A stretch of DNA of 64,000 bases from Dehalococcoidia bacterium (GTDB taxonomy: Bacteria; Chloroflexota; Dehalococcoidia; Lucifugimonadales; CBDBON01): the NCBI GenBank assembly GCA_965198105.1, contig OZ240240.1, positions 3,187,103-3,251,102 of the forward strand, read 5' to 3'. Each line of letters opens with the position of its first letter. Position 1 is the stretch's first letter. The translations under genes were made by a program, and so were the position numbers. Below are positions 49,164 through 59,800 of this stretch, one piece after another. The notes beneath the pieces were generated by a model. The model saw only the letters and a program-made list of their open reading frames with translations. It did not search any database and was not told the DNA's origin.

Positions 49164-49408
49164 CCGGCCACCCAGACGATTGCGACTGCTGGCATTGTGA
49201 GGTTCGACCCGTCTTCGAGGCGGGCTTCCGGCTGGGCTTGAGGCGAGGCCGGGATAGTGGCTGGCGGCGCGGCTTCGAGGCGGCGGGTCATTTCAGGCGG
49301 GCCGAGGCCCAGGTCGCCGCCGTCCGTCACCACCCGGAGGCCTGCCCTTGTGGGGAGTGCGTGGAGGCCAGGGCCGCCTTTTACCGGTGGATGGAGATCG
49401 GCGGCTAG
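49160..49408 (+). CDS. Small protein with two HPxxCxCxxC motifs
   Basis: GHPDDCDCWHC and HHPEACPCGEC. It is translationally coupled to the previous ORF. Confidence 0.6.
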   Translation: MTGHPDDCDCWHCEVRPVFEAGFRLGLRRGRDSGWRRGFEAAGHFRRAEAQVAAVRHHPEACPCGECVEARAAFYRWMEIGG

Positions 49409-49529
49409 CCCCGGCAGACCCACCCCCGCGCGCACGCGCACGTCACGGAGTGGCGGGGGGTCAAAATCCTGTCCCTATATATATAATATGAACGGGCTTT
49501 TCGACTCATACATGCATGGGCGTGACAGC

Positions 49530-49934
49530 TCATGCGGTATTCCCCCGGTTGAGCGGCGTGCCCGGGAAGCGCGTGGGCACGTTCTTGATCGTGACATGAA
49601 CGGGCGTGGGCGGGGGAGCGGGCCTGGCTTTGACTCGCGGCGGGCCGTCCGGCAGCACGATTTTCATTAGCTCGTCAAGCTCTTCCTCGTGGGTCATTAC
49701 CGGCTTAGTAGACGGCTTGGGGGGCTGCTGTCTGAATTGGCCCGCAAGCTGCACGTATCGTCCCGGGCCGTGTCTGCTGGTCTCCATCTGGGGCTGCTCG
49801 CTTTCAGCCTCTTCGGCCTTCCGCTGCTCGTAGAGCGCTTGTCGGTGAGCGGGAGAGCACGTCTTCGAGGTCGAGCGGGAGTACCGGTACTGGTTGCCGC
49901 AGTAGTCACAGCGTCGCCGTCTCGTCTTTGCCAT
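49530..49934 (-). CDS. Hypothetical Zn-ribbon protein
   Basis: N-terminal RRRCDYCGNQYRY...CSPAHRQALYEQRK. It is divergent from the iteron region. Confidence 0.5.
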   Translation of the reverse strand: MAKTRRRRCDYCGNQYRYSRSTSKTCSPAHRQALYEQRKAEEAESEQPQMETSRHGPGRYVQLAGQFRQQPPKPSTKPVMTHEEELDELMKIVLPDGPPRVKARPAPPPTPVHVTIKNVPTRFPGTPLNRGNTA

Positions 49935-49949
49935 AAAACCGCCCTCCCC

Positions 49950-50033
49950 TTACCGTCAGATTAGCGTCAGTCGCTCGTATCTGTTAGCGTCAGCCTTACC
50001 GTCAGCTTATCGTCAGTCGCGGTCTGACGGTAA
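49950..50033. promoter_or_regulatory. Iteron array: five direct TTA[CGT]CGTCAG repeats plus one inverted copy
   Basis: Direct copies at 49950, 49961, 49984, 49996 and 50007. Inverted ctgacggtaa at 50024. Spacing is mostly 11-12 bp. Confidence 0.7.
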
Positions 50034-50179
50034 CTTGGCCTACAATCCGCCCCTTTCGAGAGCCGTCCATTCACATTTTACCAGCTCCCACCAGTGGACA
50101 GAGGGGCCGATTTGACGGGGCTAACCCCCGGAGCGCAAGATCGTGGCGCTGGTGCCGCCGGAGAAGGGGAAGCGAACCG

Positions 50180-50203
50180 ACTTGTCAACCCAAGTTGACA
50201 AGT
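50180..50203. promoter_or_regulatory. Perfect 10-bp inverted repeat ACTTGTCAAC-ccaa-GTTGACAAGT (candidate operator overlapping a TTGACA box)
   Basis: Read directly. It lies in the divergent region between 49934 and the downstream plus-strand ORFs. Confidence 0.45.
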
Positions 50204-50589
50204 TACCGATCTTCCGCCAGGTACTCGCTCTGATGCGTCGGGCGTATGAGTACGTGAGCGACGAGCGGTTCGCGGAATTGAAGGCGGCCGCCATCAAGAC
50301 CGGGACCCACTTGACGCGGGCGGCAGTCAGCAAAGAGAGTGCCGCCGGAGAGACGATTCCACTAGAGAGGTTTGGCCCGTTTTCGGCCCTTCGTCCCGAA
50401 GGTCGGCGACAAAGTCGTAGGTGATGAGTCCGCCTTGGCGAAGGAATTCGGGACACTTCCCCCTGTTCTGTCCCCCCCTAACGGCTCCAAGGTACGCTAG
50501 ACTCCCCTGCTGGATTCCGGCAGCGTAATGTCTTTTGCGGTACGCCGCCGCAGAATACTTCGGCCGCAAGACCAACCCCCCCTACCATC

Positions 50590-50766
50590 ATGCGATGGGT
50601 ACACGACTTCGCCGACCGTGCCCGTGGCATTGTCTGCGAGACGAAGATTCGCACTGGGCCGGAGTGGGTAGCGGATGAGATAGTCGTTCGGGTCGGCGGC
50701 CGCAAATATCGGCTTTTCAACGTTATGGACTTCGAGAAGCGTCCTCGCGGCCTACCTGTCGCCTGA
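50590..50766 (+). pseudogene. Short fragment of a DDE transposase (IS6-like core)
   Basis: 58-aa ORF with WVADEIVVRVGGRKYRLFNVMD, which resembles the W.vDEt.v.v.G...yL..a.D block. No remainder of the gene is present. Confidence 0.35.
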
Positions 50767-50823
50767 GCGAACGGCCAGAGTAGTCGGGACCGCCATGAGC
50801 CTGGCGCAACCATTGACAGCGCG

Positions 50824-51126
50824 TTGCGGTCGGTGGGGTTCGAGGTTCTGGAGACACGGGACCTAGCGGTACAGACCGGTCCTTCGGTTCCCTGGTACCA
50901 GCCCCTGGTCGGCGAAGGCCTCTCTTTCGCCTCTTTTCGCAGCTCTAGGATCGGACGCTGGGTCACGCGAAGCTCGCTGAGGGCGATGGAGACGCTCCAC
51001 ATTGCACCGCAGGGCTCGGTCCGGGTAGCGGAGACTCTGGACCTGTGCGCGGACGTCATGGCGGAGGCGGGCCGGCTCGGTATCTTCACGCCGATGTACT
51101 TCATCCACGCCCGCGAGCCGGAGTAG
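50824..51126 (+). pseudogene. C-terminal fragment of a SAM-dependent (sterol/CFA-type) methyltransferase
   Basis: GFEVLETRDLA...PWYQPL.G...GIFTPMYFIHAREP resembles the Sterol_MT_C-type C-terminus. The SAM-binding N-terminal part is absent. Confidence 0.45.
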
Positions 51127-51219
51127 CGCAAGTTAGCCGTCGCGCTCCAGGAAACCTCTGCACCCGACGTCATTCCCGCACGGGTAGACCCCTGCAGCAT
51201 CGTTACTCCCCATCAAGTT

Positions 51220-51251
51220 GTGAACGGCGGAGCAATAATGGACCGTGCTGG
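51220..51251 (+). repeat. Short copy of the GTGAACGGCGGAGCAATAATGGRCCGTGC repeat
   Basis: Direct repeat of 53801..53832, matching 30 of 32 nt. Confidence 0.8.
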
Positions 51252-51530
51252 TGCATGAACCGTGATCGGGTCGTATAGGAGCCATCTGGTATCATCGGGA
51301 GCAATTCGAGTGACATTTCCGCTGGCCACTTAGCCGGACATTGTATCTTTGGCTGCGTGGACCACTTCTGTAACCAGCATGGTCCCTTGGGTGCGGCAGA
51401 CCGGTCGGACATTGGTCGTAGGAGGCCGTCGAAAAGCGAGGGTCGCCCCACTCATTCCGTTAGAGCCCGAACGGTTGCCTGGGCTAACCAAGCCCGTATC
51501 TTGCAAGGCCGGGCCAATACCATACGGGAG

Positions 51531-52484
<954 letters not shown>

Positions 52485-52715
52485 CAGAGAAGACGGTTGC
52501 TTTTCGCTGACCATCGACACAAGTCCACCAGGGCGGCCCTGTGCCGAAGGGAGGCTGCTGAGGCGACCGACGGCTATCGGATGGTGAAAGGGAAAGGGCA
52601 GGAGGGCGAGCCTTCAACCCTACAGAGCCAAGGGCCACCTAGAGCAGGTTTGTCGGAGTGGGAGCGAACACCATCATCGACTGTGATATCCGATGCCAGA
52701 TGGGCGGCATAGCGA

Positions 52716-53804
52716 ATGAGTGCTCCAATGTCAGGCCTATGGGTGCCTGATCGCCGAAAAGGTGAAGTCGGTAGACGGATTGAGCCTCTCAAAAGAGCTG
52801 AGGGTCGTAAAGGTCGCTGCCTTTTCGTGATTGATGAAGATGGACACACTTGCGGGAATCCCATTTACAACAATTGTCACGTCATCCCCGAATCGACAGT
52901 CCTGGATGACCTAAAGGACGTAAGCTCGGGGAAGGTCTATGAATTTCGGTGGGGGGTATCTCAGTGGGGACATTTCTTCTCCAAGAGCAGCGAGGCCAAT
53001 CCCATCAACTTGACCGACGTAGACGCGTTTGAGCCACAATCTGTAGGCACCGGTGATGCATGTGTCGGATGGTTCGCCTGCAAGCAGGATGATACGGATC
53101 ACGACGGCGAGTTCAGTGCCATAGATGTCAAAGAGCCGGACTTCGACGATCCAGTTATACGATTTCTGTCTGCTTATCGTGCTTTTCTCTACGAAGTGGA
53201 CATGTCTAGGAGAGTAAAGGATCTAGTGAATGACTGGAACAATAGGGCTCGAGCACACCCCCAGAGAGATATTCGTGTCGAATGGAGCAGACTTCGGGGA
53301 ATCTGGAGGAATAGGACTCCGAGGGCAGAAGCAACCGCAAGCCGGTTAAGCAAGGTTTGGTACCGTTGGAAGACACATGGAGGGTTCGATTCTGACACAG
53401 TTTCTGGACAATTGGTGAGCTTTCGCTCCAAGCTGAAATTTGCTGCATGTGGGCTCTACGGAGGCGTCGTTGTGACCGTGTCCCCGGAAGGAGAGGATGG
53501 GCACAAGATGGGCATCCTGCATCTATCCGAAGATGCTGATTCCGCCAAAGAGGACAAAGAAAAGCTGGTCCGACTAGCGGAAGTCTCTAGAGCATCGGAC
53601 AACTACGGCGTAGGCGTAGTAGAAGAATTGATGACCAACGGTTGGGGTGCAGTAGCGGCGTCGCCGGAGTCTTACAGTGGATTGCATATTGAGGAGAAGC
53701 GGACGATGCGGAGTTTCGTGGCCCGCAATTCGTCTGCCAACACCATGGCGAAGGCCCTTGCATCCCCGCGGCCAGAGTTGAAGGGTTGGAGGGGCAGACT
53801 GTGA
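52716..53804 (+). CDS. Orphan 362-aa protein with an N-terminal Cys/His cluster (possible His-Me/HNH-like nuclease)
   Basis: Long ORF in a lower-G+C segment. GRCLFVIDEDGHTCGNPIYNNCHVIPES. No other recognisable domain. Confidence 0.55.
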   Translation: MSAPMSGLWVPDRRKGEVGRRIEPLKRAEGRKGRCLFVIDEDGHTCGNPIYNNCHVIPESTVLDDLKDVSSGKVYEFRWGVSQWGHFFSKSSEANPINLTDVDAFEPQSVGTGDACVGWFACKQDDTDHDGEFSAIDVKEPDFDDPVIRFLSAYRAFLYEVDMSRRVKDLVNDWNNRARAHPQRDIRVEWSRLRGIWRNRTPRAEATASRLSKVWYRWKTHGGFDSDTVSGQLVSFRSKLKFAACGLYGGVVVTVSPEGEDGHKMGILHLSEDADSAKEDKEKLVRLAEVSRASDNYGVGVVEELMTNGWGAVAASPESYSGLHIEEKRTMRSFVARNSSANTMAKALASPRPELKGWRGRL

Positions 53805-53848
53805 ACGGCGGAGCAATAATGGGCCGTGCCGGCGGGGTCGAGTGCTGA
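53801..53848 (+). repeat. Longest copy of the GTGAACGGCGGAGCAATAATGGGCCGTGCCGGCGGGGTCGAGTGCTGA repeat
   Basis: It starts inside the stop codon of the ORF at 52716..53804. Related copies lie at 51220 (direct) and 36637 (inverted). Confidence 0.8.
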
Positions 53849-53936
53849 TCAGGGGTGTCGATGGTCAGGATAAATGTCCGGCTAAGTGGCCAGCATAAAT
53901 GTCACTGGTATTGGTGGCGATGAAAACAGATGTCTC

Positions 53937-54640
53937 CTATACGACCCGATCGCGCTTGATGGGTGGGCTGACGGCTTCCATGTACTTCTTCGCCGTGTCC
54001 CGGTGGATGCCCAGCTCCCGTGCTACCCCTCTAATCGACAGACCCCTGCGCTTCGCCTTCTGAACGGGGTTCCACCTTGCCGTCTGAAGTGGAGTGGGCT
54101 TCCTGCGTTGCATGGCAGGCGCCTTGCGGACTCTGACGGCGCCGTTGTCGTCAGCATCGCGGGCGTCCATCTCTGCGTCGAGTGCTGCCAGGACCGCCTC
54201 CCAGCGCCTGCCCAGACCGTTGAGGTTCGGACGTGGGCCCGATTTGTGCGAGGAAGAGCCGTTGAAGCTTCTGAGTATGCTCGGACGGGATGGCGCCTCC
54301 TGGCTGGCGATGATCTCTCCCCGGTAACGCACAGCCATCTGGCCGTCTAGGTCTTCCAGCACATCTACCACCGCTCCCTCCCCGGCAGCAGCTGAAGCGT
54401 ACGCCACCTGTACTTCACAGTGTTGTCCCTGGCCACCCTGCGGCTGTGTCTGAAGCAGAGCACCCTATCGAGGCATACTCCCGGTCCCAACGGGCGGTAG
54501 GCTGTCTCAGGATGCTGTGCCGCCACTCCAAAGCGTTCGTTGAAGCAACCCTGGTCGCTACTCGCTTCAACCCAGTGATCAGGTCCTTCTATACTCGGCT
54601 GTGCGGTCGGTGTAGAGGGCGATGGGTATGCCGTACCTGC
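53937..54640 (-). pseudogene. Degenerate second copy of the ISNCY-like transposase gene (internal deletion and frameshifts)
   Basis: ORF 53937..54407 parallels the C-terminus of copy 1 (ASQEAP...RKPTPLQTARW...GLSIRGVARELGIHRDT). Upstream, NERFGV...RDNTVKYRWRTLQLLP and GIPIALYTDR are found in other frames. Confidence 0.65.
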
Positions 54641-54725
54641 GGTCTCCTAGACCAAGGATGGACCGATCTGTCACGCCCCTCCAAAGATACAAGGATGGGG
54701 GATTCTTCTCGGCGAGGGAGAGTAA

Positions 54726-55070
54726 GACCCCCATCTCAATCTTCCCCCGCGGACGGGGGAAGAGGTAAGAGGGGGCAGGGGTAAGAGGGAGCGGGGGGAA
54801 CCTCTCTTGTCCCTTCCCCCGGCTTTGCGGGGGAAGGTTAGGATGGGGGCTTTCTTTGCGGCGAGGGAGAGTAAGACCCCCATCTCAGTCTTCCCCCGCG
54901 GACGGGGGAAGAGGAAGAGGGAGGACGGGGGAAGAGGAAGAGGGAGCGGGGGAAGAGGTAGGAAAAGAGGGGAGGGGCGCGTTTGCGCCCCTCCCTGTTG
55001 CTTCCTGTGGGTCCCTGTGTCCGGGGACCCCCATCTCAATCTTCCCCCGCGGACGGGGGAAGAGGTAAGA
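54726..55070. repeat. Cluster of family A/B MITE-like units (A, inverted B, degenerate A, A)
   Basis: Units start at 54726, 54811 (inverted), 54875 and 55026. This is the first host-type repeat after the island. Confidence 0.85.
54961..54994 (-). terminator. Hairpin ggaggggcgc-aaac-gcgcccctcc followed by CCTCTTTTCC (candidate terminator of the LPXTG gene)
   Basis: Perfect 10-bp GC stem about 80 nt downstream of the stop at 55072, on the minus strand. Confidence 0.45.
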
Positions 55071-55071
55071 C

Positions 55072-56682
55072 CTAGGCCCGGATCCTCCTGAGGACCAGGA
55101 CTCCGGTGGGTATCATCGCCGCGCCCGCGAGGGCGAGGAAGAGCATCAGCCAGCTCGGGGGCGTCACGCCGCCGGTCGATGGCAGCAGCGCCCTGTCGAG
55201 CGTCACCGCCACGTCGCCGAACGCGGTGATCGAGGTGGTGAGGGTCACGCTTCCGTCCTCGCCGAAGGCGGCCTCGGCTTCGAGAGCCGTCCACCCGTCG
55301 GCGGAGCCGGCGTAGACCATCACACCGCCGGCCTCGTCCAGCGCGGCGAGCGTCTCGGACCCGCCCAGCTCAGCCACCTGCTCCGCGGTCAGCGTGAGGG
55401 TGAGCGCCGAGGGGGCGTCGAGGGAGAATCCCACGATCTCGCCGCCCTGGGCGTCCCACGCGTCGACCGTGGCGCAGAGCGCCACCTCGGCGTCCTCCGG
55501 CCCGCCCTCGCAGCCCTCGACGATCCTGCCCTTGAAGTAGGCCGACTGCGCGTCGGGGGTGATCGTCAGCATGACGTTTCCGCCGTCCGACGTGACCACC
55601 GTGCTTCCGACCGCGATGGAGGCAGCGCCGCCGATCGACGCCGACGCCCGCACGTCGTTGACCGCCTCGCCCGAGAGGGCGTGGCCGCCCTCGGTGCCGG
55701 ACGCGGTGACCGTATAGGTGAAGCTATCATCTCTCAGGATCGTGAAGGTGAGCATCCCGTCCGCGCTCGCGACCTGGTCGTCGGGCAGGCTGCTCGCCAC
55801 GTAGGCGAAGCCCTCGGGCAGAGTCTCCCGGACCTGGCCGAAGCCGCCGAGGCCCGCCAGGTCGATCGTCACCACCACCTCGGCGCCGGCCTCGACCCGC
55901 GAGTCGACGGACCTGGTCGCGCTGTGCGACGCGGTCGCGGCCTGCACCGTCACCGTGGAGTCTCCTCCTATGGCCGTCTCCATCCGGCCCTCGTCCTTCG
56001 CGACGCCGGAGAACTCATGAGAGCCCAGCGTCCTGGACGCCGTCACCGTATAGGTGAAGCTCTCCTCGCCGAACAGGGAGAACCCGAGCATCTGGCCACT
56101 GACCCACGGGGGGTCGGGCAGGCTGGTCGACACGTAGCCGAAGCCGGCCGGCAGCGTCTCCACCACCTGGCCGAACTGGCCGTAGTCGGCGGCGGTGATC
56201 GTCACCGTCAGCTCGCCGCCCGCGTCGACGGTCGACGCGGAGAACGACCGGGAGGCCTCCAGCCCGGAGGCCATGACCATCACGTCCGAGTCGCCGCCGA
56301 CCTCGTTGCTGTCCAGTGCGTTGTCCTTCACGACGCCGTGGAAGGTGTGCGCGCCCAGCGCGTCGGGGGCGCGGACGGTGTAGCTGAACGAGTCCTCATC
56401 GAGCAGGGCGAAGGTCACATCCTGCCCGTCGATCACCGGCTCGTCCGCCAGCGTGGTCGACACGTAGCTGAAGCCGTCGGGCAGCGTCTCCACCACCCCG
56501 CCGAAGCCGCCCAGGTCGGCGACCTCGATCGTCACCTCCACAGTGCCGCCCGCGATCACACTGGTTGCGGAGAAGGACCTCGTCGCGCTGTGGCCTGTCG
56601 CGTCCACGGGACCCGGGCTGAGCAGCCCGGCCGCTCCCACCGCCGCAACGATCATCATCAGCGTCAACGCTCTTTTGAACAA
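55072..56682 (-). CDS. LPXTG-anchored surface protein with three tandem ~125-aa beta-sandwich-like repeats
   Basis: Signal peptide MFKRALTLMMIVAAVGAAGLL. The module SATRS...VETLP.GF.YVS...SF.YTV occurs three times. The C-terminal LPSTGG is followed by a TM segment and RRIRA. Confidence 0.8.
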   Translation of the reverse strand: MFKRALTLMMIVAAVGAAGLLSPGPVDATGHSATRSFSATSVIAGGTVEVTIEVADLGGFGGVVETLPDGFSYVSTTLADEPVIDGQDVTFALLDEDSFSYTVRAPDALGAHTFHGVVKDNALDSNEVGGDSDVMVMASGLEASRSFSASTVDAGGELTVTITAADYGQFGQVVETLPAGFGYVSTSLPDPPWVSGQMLGFSLFGEESFTYTVTASRTLGSHEFSGVAKDEGRMETAIGGDSTVTVQAATASHSATRSVDSRVEAGAEVVVTIDLAGLGGFGQVRETLPEGFAYVASSLPDDQVASADGMLTFTILRDDSFTYTVTASGTEGGHALSGEAVNDVRASASIGGAASIAVGSTVVTSDGGNVMLTITPDAQSAYFKGRIVEGCEGGPEDAEVALCATVDAWDAQGGEIVGFSLDAPSALTLTLTAEQVAELGGSETLAALDEAGGVMVYAGSADGWTALEAEAAFGEDGSVTLTTSITAFGDVAVTLDRALLPSTGGVTPPSWLMLFLALAGAAMIPTGVLVLRRIRA

Positions 56683-56755
56683 GCGTCCTCCTCCTTATTC
56701 TCCGTGAGGCCCTGGTCGTTCGCCCCGACCCGTCAAAGAGTCCCAGCCGTTCGTC

Positions 56756-56812
56756 CTGAGCCTATCAAAGGAGGGCGCCCGTTCATGGTTCGACAAGCTC
56801 ACCACGAACGGG
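56756..56812. repeat. REP family B
   Basis: ctgagcctatcaaagg...cccgttcatggttcgacaagctcaccacgaacggg. A copy lies at 4416..4484. Confidence 0.8.
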
Positions 56813-56834
56813 TTGGCCCCCCTCGATCTTTGCC

Positions 56835-59800
56835 TTATCCGCCGTTTCCGAAGTAGAGGCGGATGAGCGCCGTAACCTCACTCCTCTCGATATTGCCGGC
56901 CAGGTAGTCCTGTATCGCGGCAATGACCTCGTCTCTCTCGATGGTCCCGTCCTCGTTCAGGTCGTACGCGTTGTCCAGACCCTCGTCGGTGACCATGATC
57001 GTCACCGTGGTCATGGCGTCAACCTCGTCGGCCTTGCCGGAGGAGGCGGTGACCGTCACCGTGTAGCTCATCTGCGTCTCGTAGTCGAGCGCGGCGCTGG
57101 TCATCAGCTGGCCGGTCGCCGGGTCGATGCCGAAGGAGCCGGCGTCGTCGCCCCACAACGTGTAGGTCAGCGCGTCGCCGTCCTCGTCGGTCGCCGCGAC
57201 CGGGTCGCCGATCGCCATGCCGGCGGCCGTGTTCTCGGCCACGCTCCGGGTCATCTCCTCCGCCGCGAAGGCGGGGGCGTTGCCCGTGAGCAGTATCACC
57301 GTCGCGTCGTCGTCCGCGTCTGTGACGGTGATGTTCACCGTGATCGACGCGCTCGCCAGCGACGGGTCGGTCGCCGTCACCGTTATCGTGTAGCTCGACT
57401 TCGTCTCGTAGTCCAGCTTCACCTTAGTCTGGATCTGCCCGGAGTTGTCCACCTTGAACGATCCCGCATCGTCTCCACTCAGCGTGTAGATCAGCGGATC
57501 GCCGGGGTCGGTGGCCGCCACCGGCTCGCCCACGCCCGCATTCTTCACGTTCTCACTCACGCTCCTGGCCACGGGGTCCTCGTCGACGAACCTGGGGCGG
57601 GCGTTGGCGTTGGGCCTCTCCACCGCCGTCTGCTCCGATACCGCCGAGGCGACATCACCATCGTCCTTGCCGTCCTTCGCATCAAACGTATCATCGTCAT
57701 CAGGATCAGCGTTCAGAAGTTTGTCCGTGGCGAAGCCGTCTACGTAGCTCGCCCTCACCTGCAGCTTCTTGCCGTCGTCATCCGCCACCGGTGTGTAGGT
57801 GGACGACGTGGCGTTGTTTATAGCACAGGTGATTGAAGGTGTGCCGGTCTCGAGAGTGCAGTTCGTCACTACACTGTCGGTATCATTTATCTCGCTGTTG
57901 GCGCCGCCGTCATCAGTTGCATCCGTCGGGGTTCCATTGTCATTGACCCTTAACGTCGACACCGTCTGCTTACTTGTGGTGGAGTCGGTTTCGATGAAGG
58001 TGCCTATGGCGACATCCCCCCTGTACCACTGCCACTTGGTGTCAGTTATGTTGCCGTCAGGGTCGCTGAGCCGGGCGGTTATCGCTATGCCCTCCTGCGG
58101 CCTGCGCTGCGTCAGGGTTATCTCCCCGGGCTCTTCCTTGTTCGTCACCGTGACGAACACGTCCTTGGAGCTGCGCGCCACGCCGTCGGAGACCGTCACC
58201 GTCACCTCGTACACGTTGTCCCCATCCGCCGAGTCCATGTCCTCGAAACTGGGACCGTAGGGCGCAGGCCCCTTCCACCGGAGCGACGCCTGCGCCTGGG
58301 GCGCGAGGATCGCGGCGGTGGTATCGTCGCCGTCGTGGTTGTAGGTCGCTCCAGCAGCGATCACGAGCGGCACGATGTTAAAGCGCCCGGCGTCGACACC
58401 GCTCACCGTCCAGGTCAGGTCGTCCTCGTCAGCACCGGGGCTATCACCCTCATCTATAGCGTTGTTCCCATTGACATCTATCAGCGGATTTTCCGGATCT
58501 TCCGCATAGAAGACGGGGAGACCCTCACCAGCGTTGGCGGCACTGGGGTCGGCCGCCGGATCCAACTGAATCTGCTCCTCCGTGCTTATCCTGAAACGGT
58601 CCGCGCCAGCCGATGCGATGGGTGTATCAGCAGTCAAATCCACGTCCAGCCGCTTAATCCCAGGCGCCTCGTCCACCTTCGCGACCTTGATGGTCACCGT
58701 GACCGACTTATCCGCACCCGACGGGTCCGTAGCCGTTACCAGAACATCGTAGGCTAACGGCGTAGGAGGAGTAGTAGCCGCTGGGGCATAGAGTCCCGGC
58801 GTAGTCTCCGATTCGCTAAACGGTAATATTGAGGAGTGCACGTCAATGTTCAGGTATGCCAACTCCTCTTTACCCGCGTCACCCCTCACCGAGATCTGTC
58901 CAGTCTTGGGGTCAATCCTGAATAGGGTCGTAACGTCAACGGTAGTGTCGGCGTCGTCCCCGGTCCCGCCCACCGCATCATCATCACCAAGGTCAATGAT
59001 GACGACATCAGTGGTATCGTCGGCGTTGTCCCCGGTCCCGCCTAACGCACTATCATCACCAAGGCCAGTGACGTACGTGACCTTGCCCAGCTTGTAGAGC
59101 AGAGGGTCGTTGTCGGCATCCGTCGCCACCACCGGCGCACCTATCCCAGAACCTGCCTTCGCAGTCTCCTTCACCGTCCGGCTCACCTGGACGCCCCTCT
59201 TCGCCGCATCCTCGTCCTGAACTCCGAACGACGGCGCAAAGTTCGCCGGGGGCCTTATCTCCACCGGGAAGGCCGTCTCCGCGCTCGCAGTATCACGCTC
59301 ATCACCAAGGCCGTCACTGTAGCTGGCCGAAGCACGCAGGTAGTAGCCGTCATCCTCTTCCTGAGGCGTGTACGCCGAGGAAGTGGCTCCAACTATGTCC
59401 TCCCACTCGGACATGTCCATCGACCTCGACCACTGCCACGTCGTGGCAACGGGGTCGCCGTCCGTGTCCGAAACCTTGGCGCTTATCGACTGACCGGCCC
59501 CAGCCTGCGGCTGCAGGTCATCAATCGTCACCTTCCCGGCCTCGTCCTCGTTCGTCACCGTCACAGCCACCGACGTCGAGCCGCCAGCGGCGTTCACCAT
59601 CACCATGTACACGTTGTCGCCGTCCGCGTCACCCGCGGACTCAAAGTCCGGCGAGCTCTTGAAGCTGAGCACACCGCCCTCGGAGATCTCGAACTTCGCC
59701 GCGTCCGGCCCGCTCAACGAGAAGACGATCGGGTCACCGTCCGCGTCCGTCGCATCGAAGGTCCCCACCGGGTCCGTCCCGTTCTCCGCATACTCAACGG

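Noticed and set aside
50143-51200. ORFs 50143..50424 (+), 50327..50575 (-) and 50478..51200 (-) as genes.
   Set aside because: They have no recognisable motifs, overlap one another, and overlap the palindrome/operator and the gene fragments. The weak HTH-like stretch in 50143..50424 is not convincing.
54726-55070. Closely spaced repeats at 54.7-55.1 kb and 62.9-63.9 kb as a possible CRISPR array.
   Set aside because: The units occur in both orientations, spacing is irregular, unit lengths differ, each unit is itself a hairpin, and no cas genes are nearby. They behave like REP/MITE elements.
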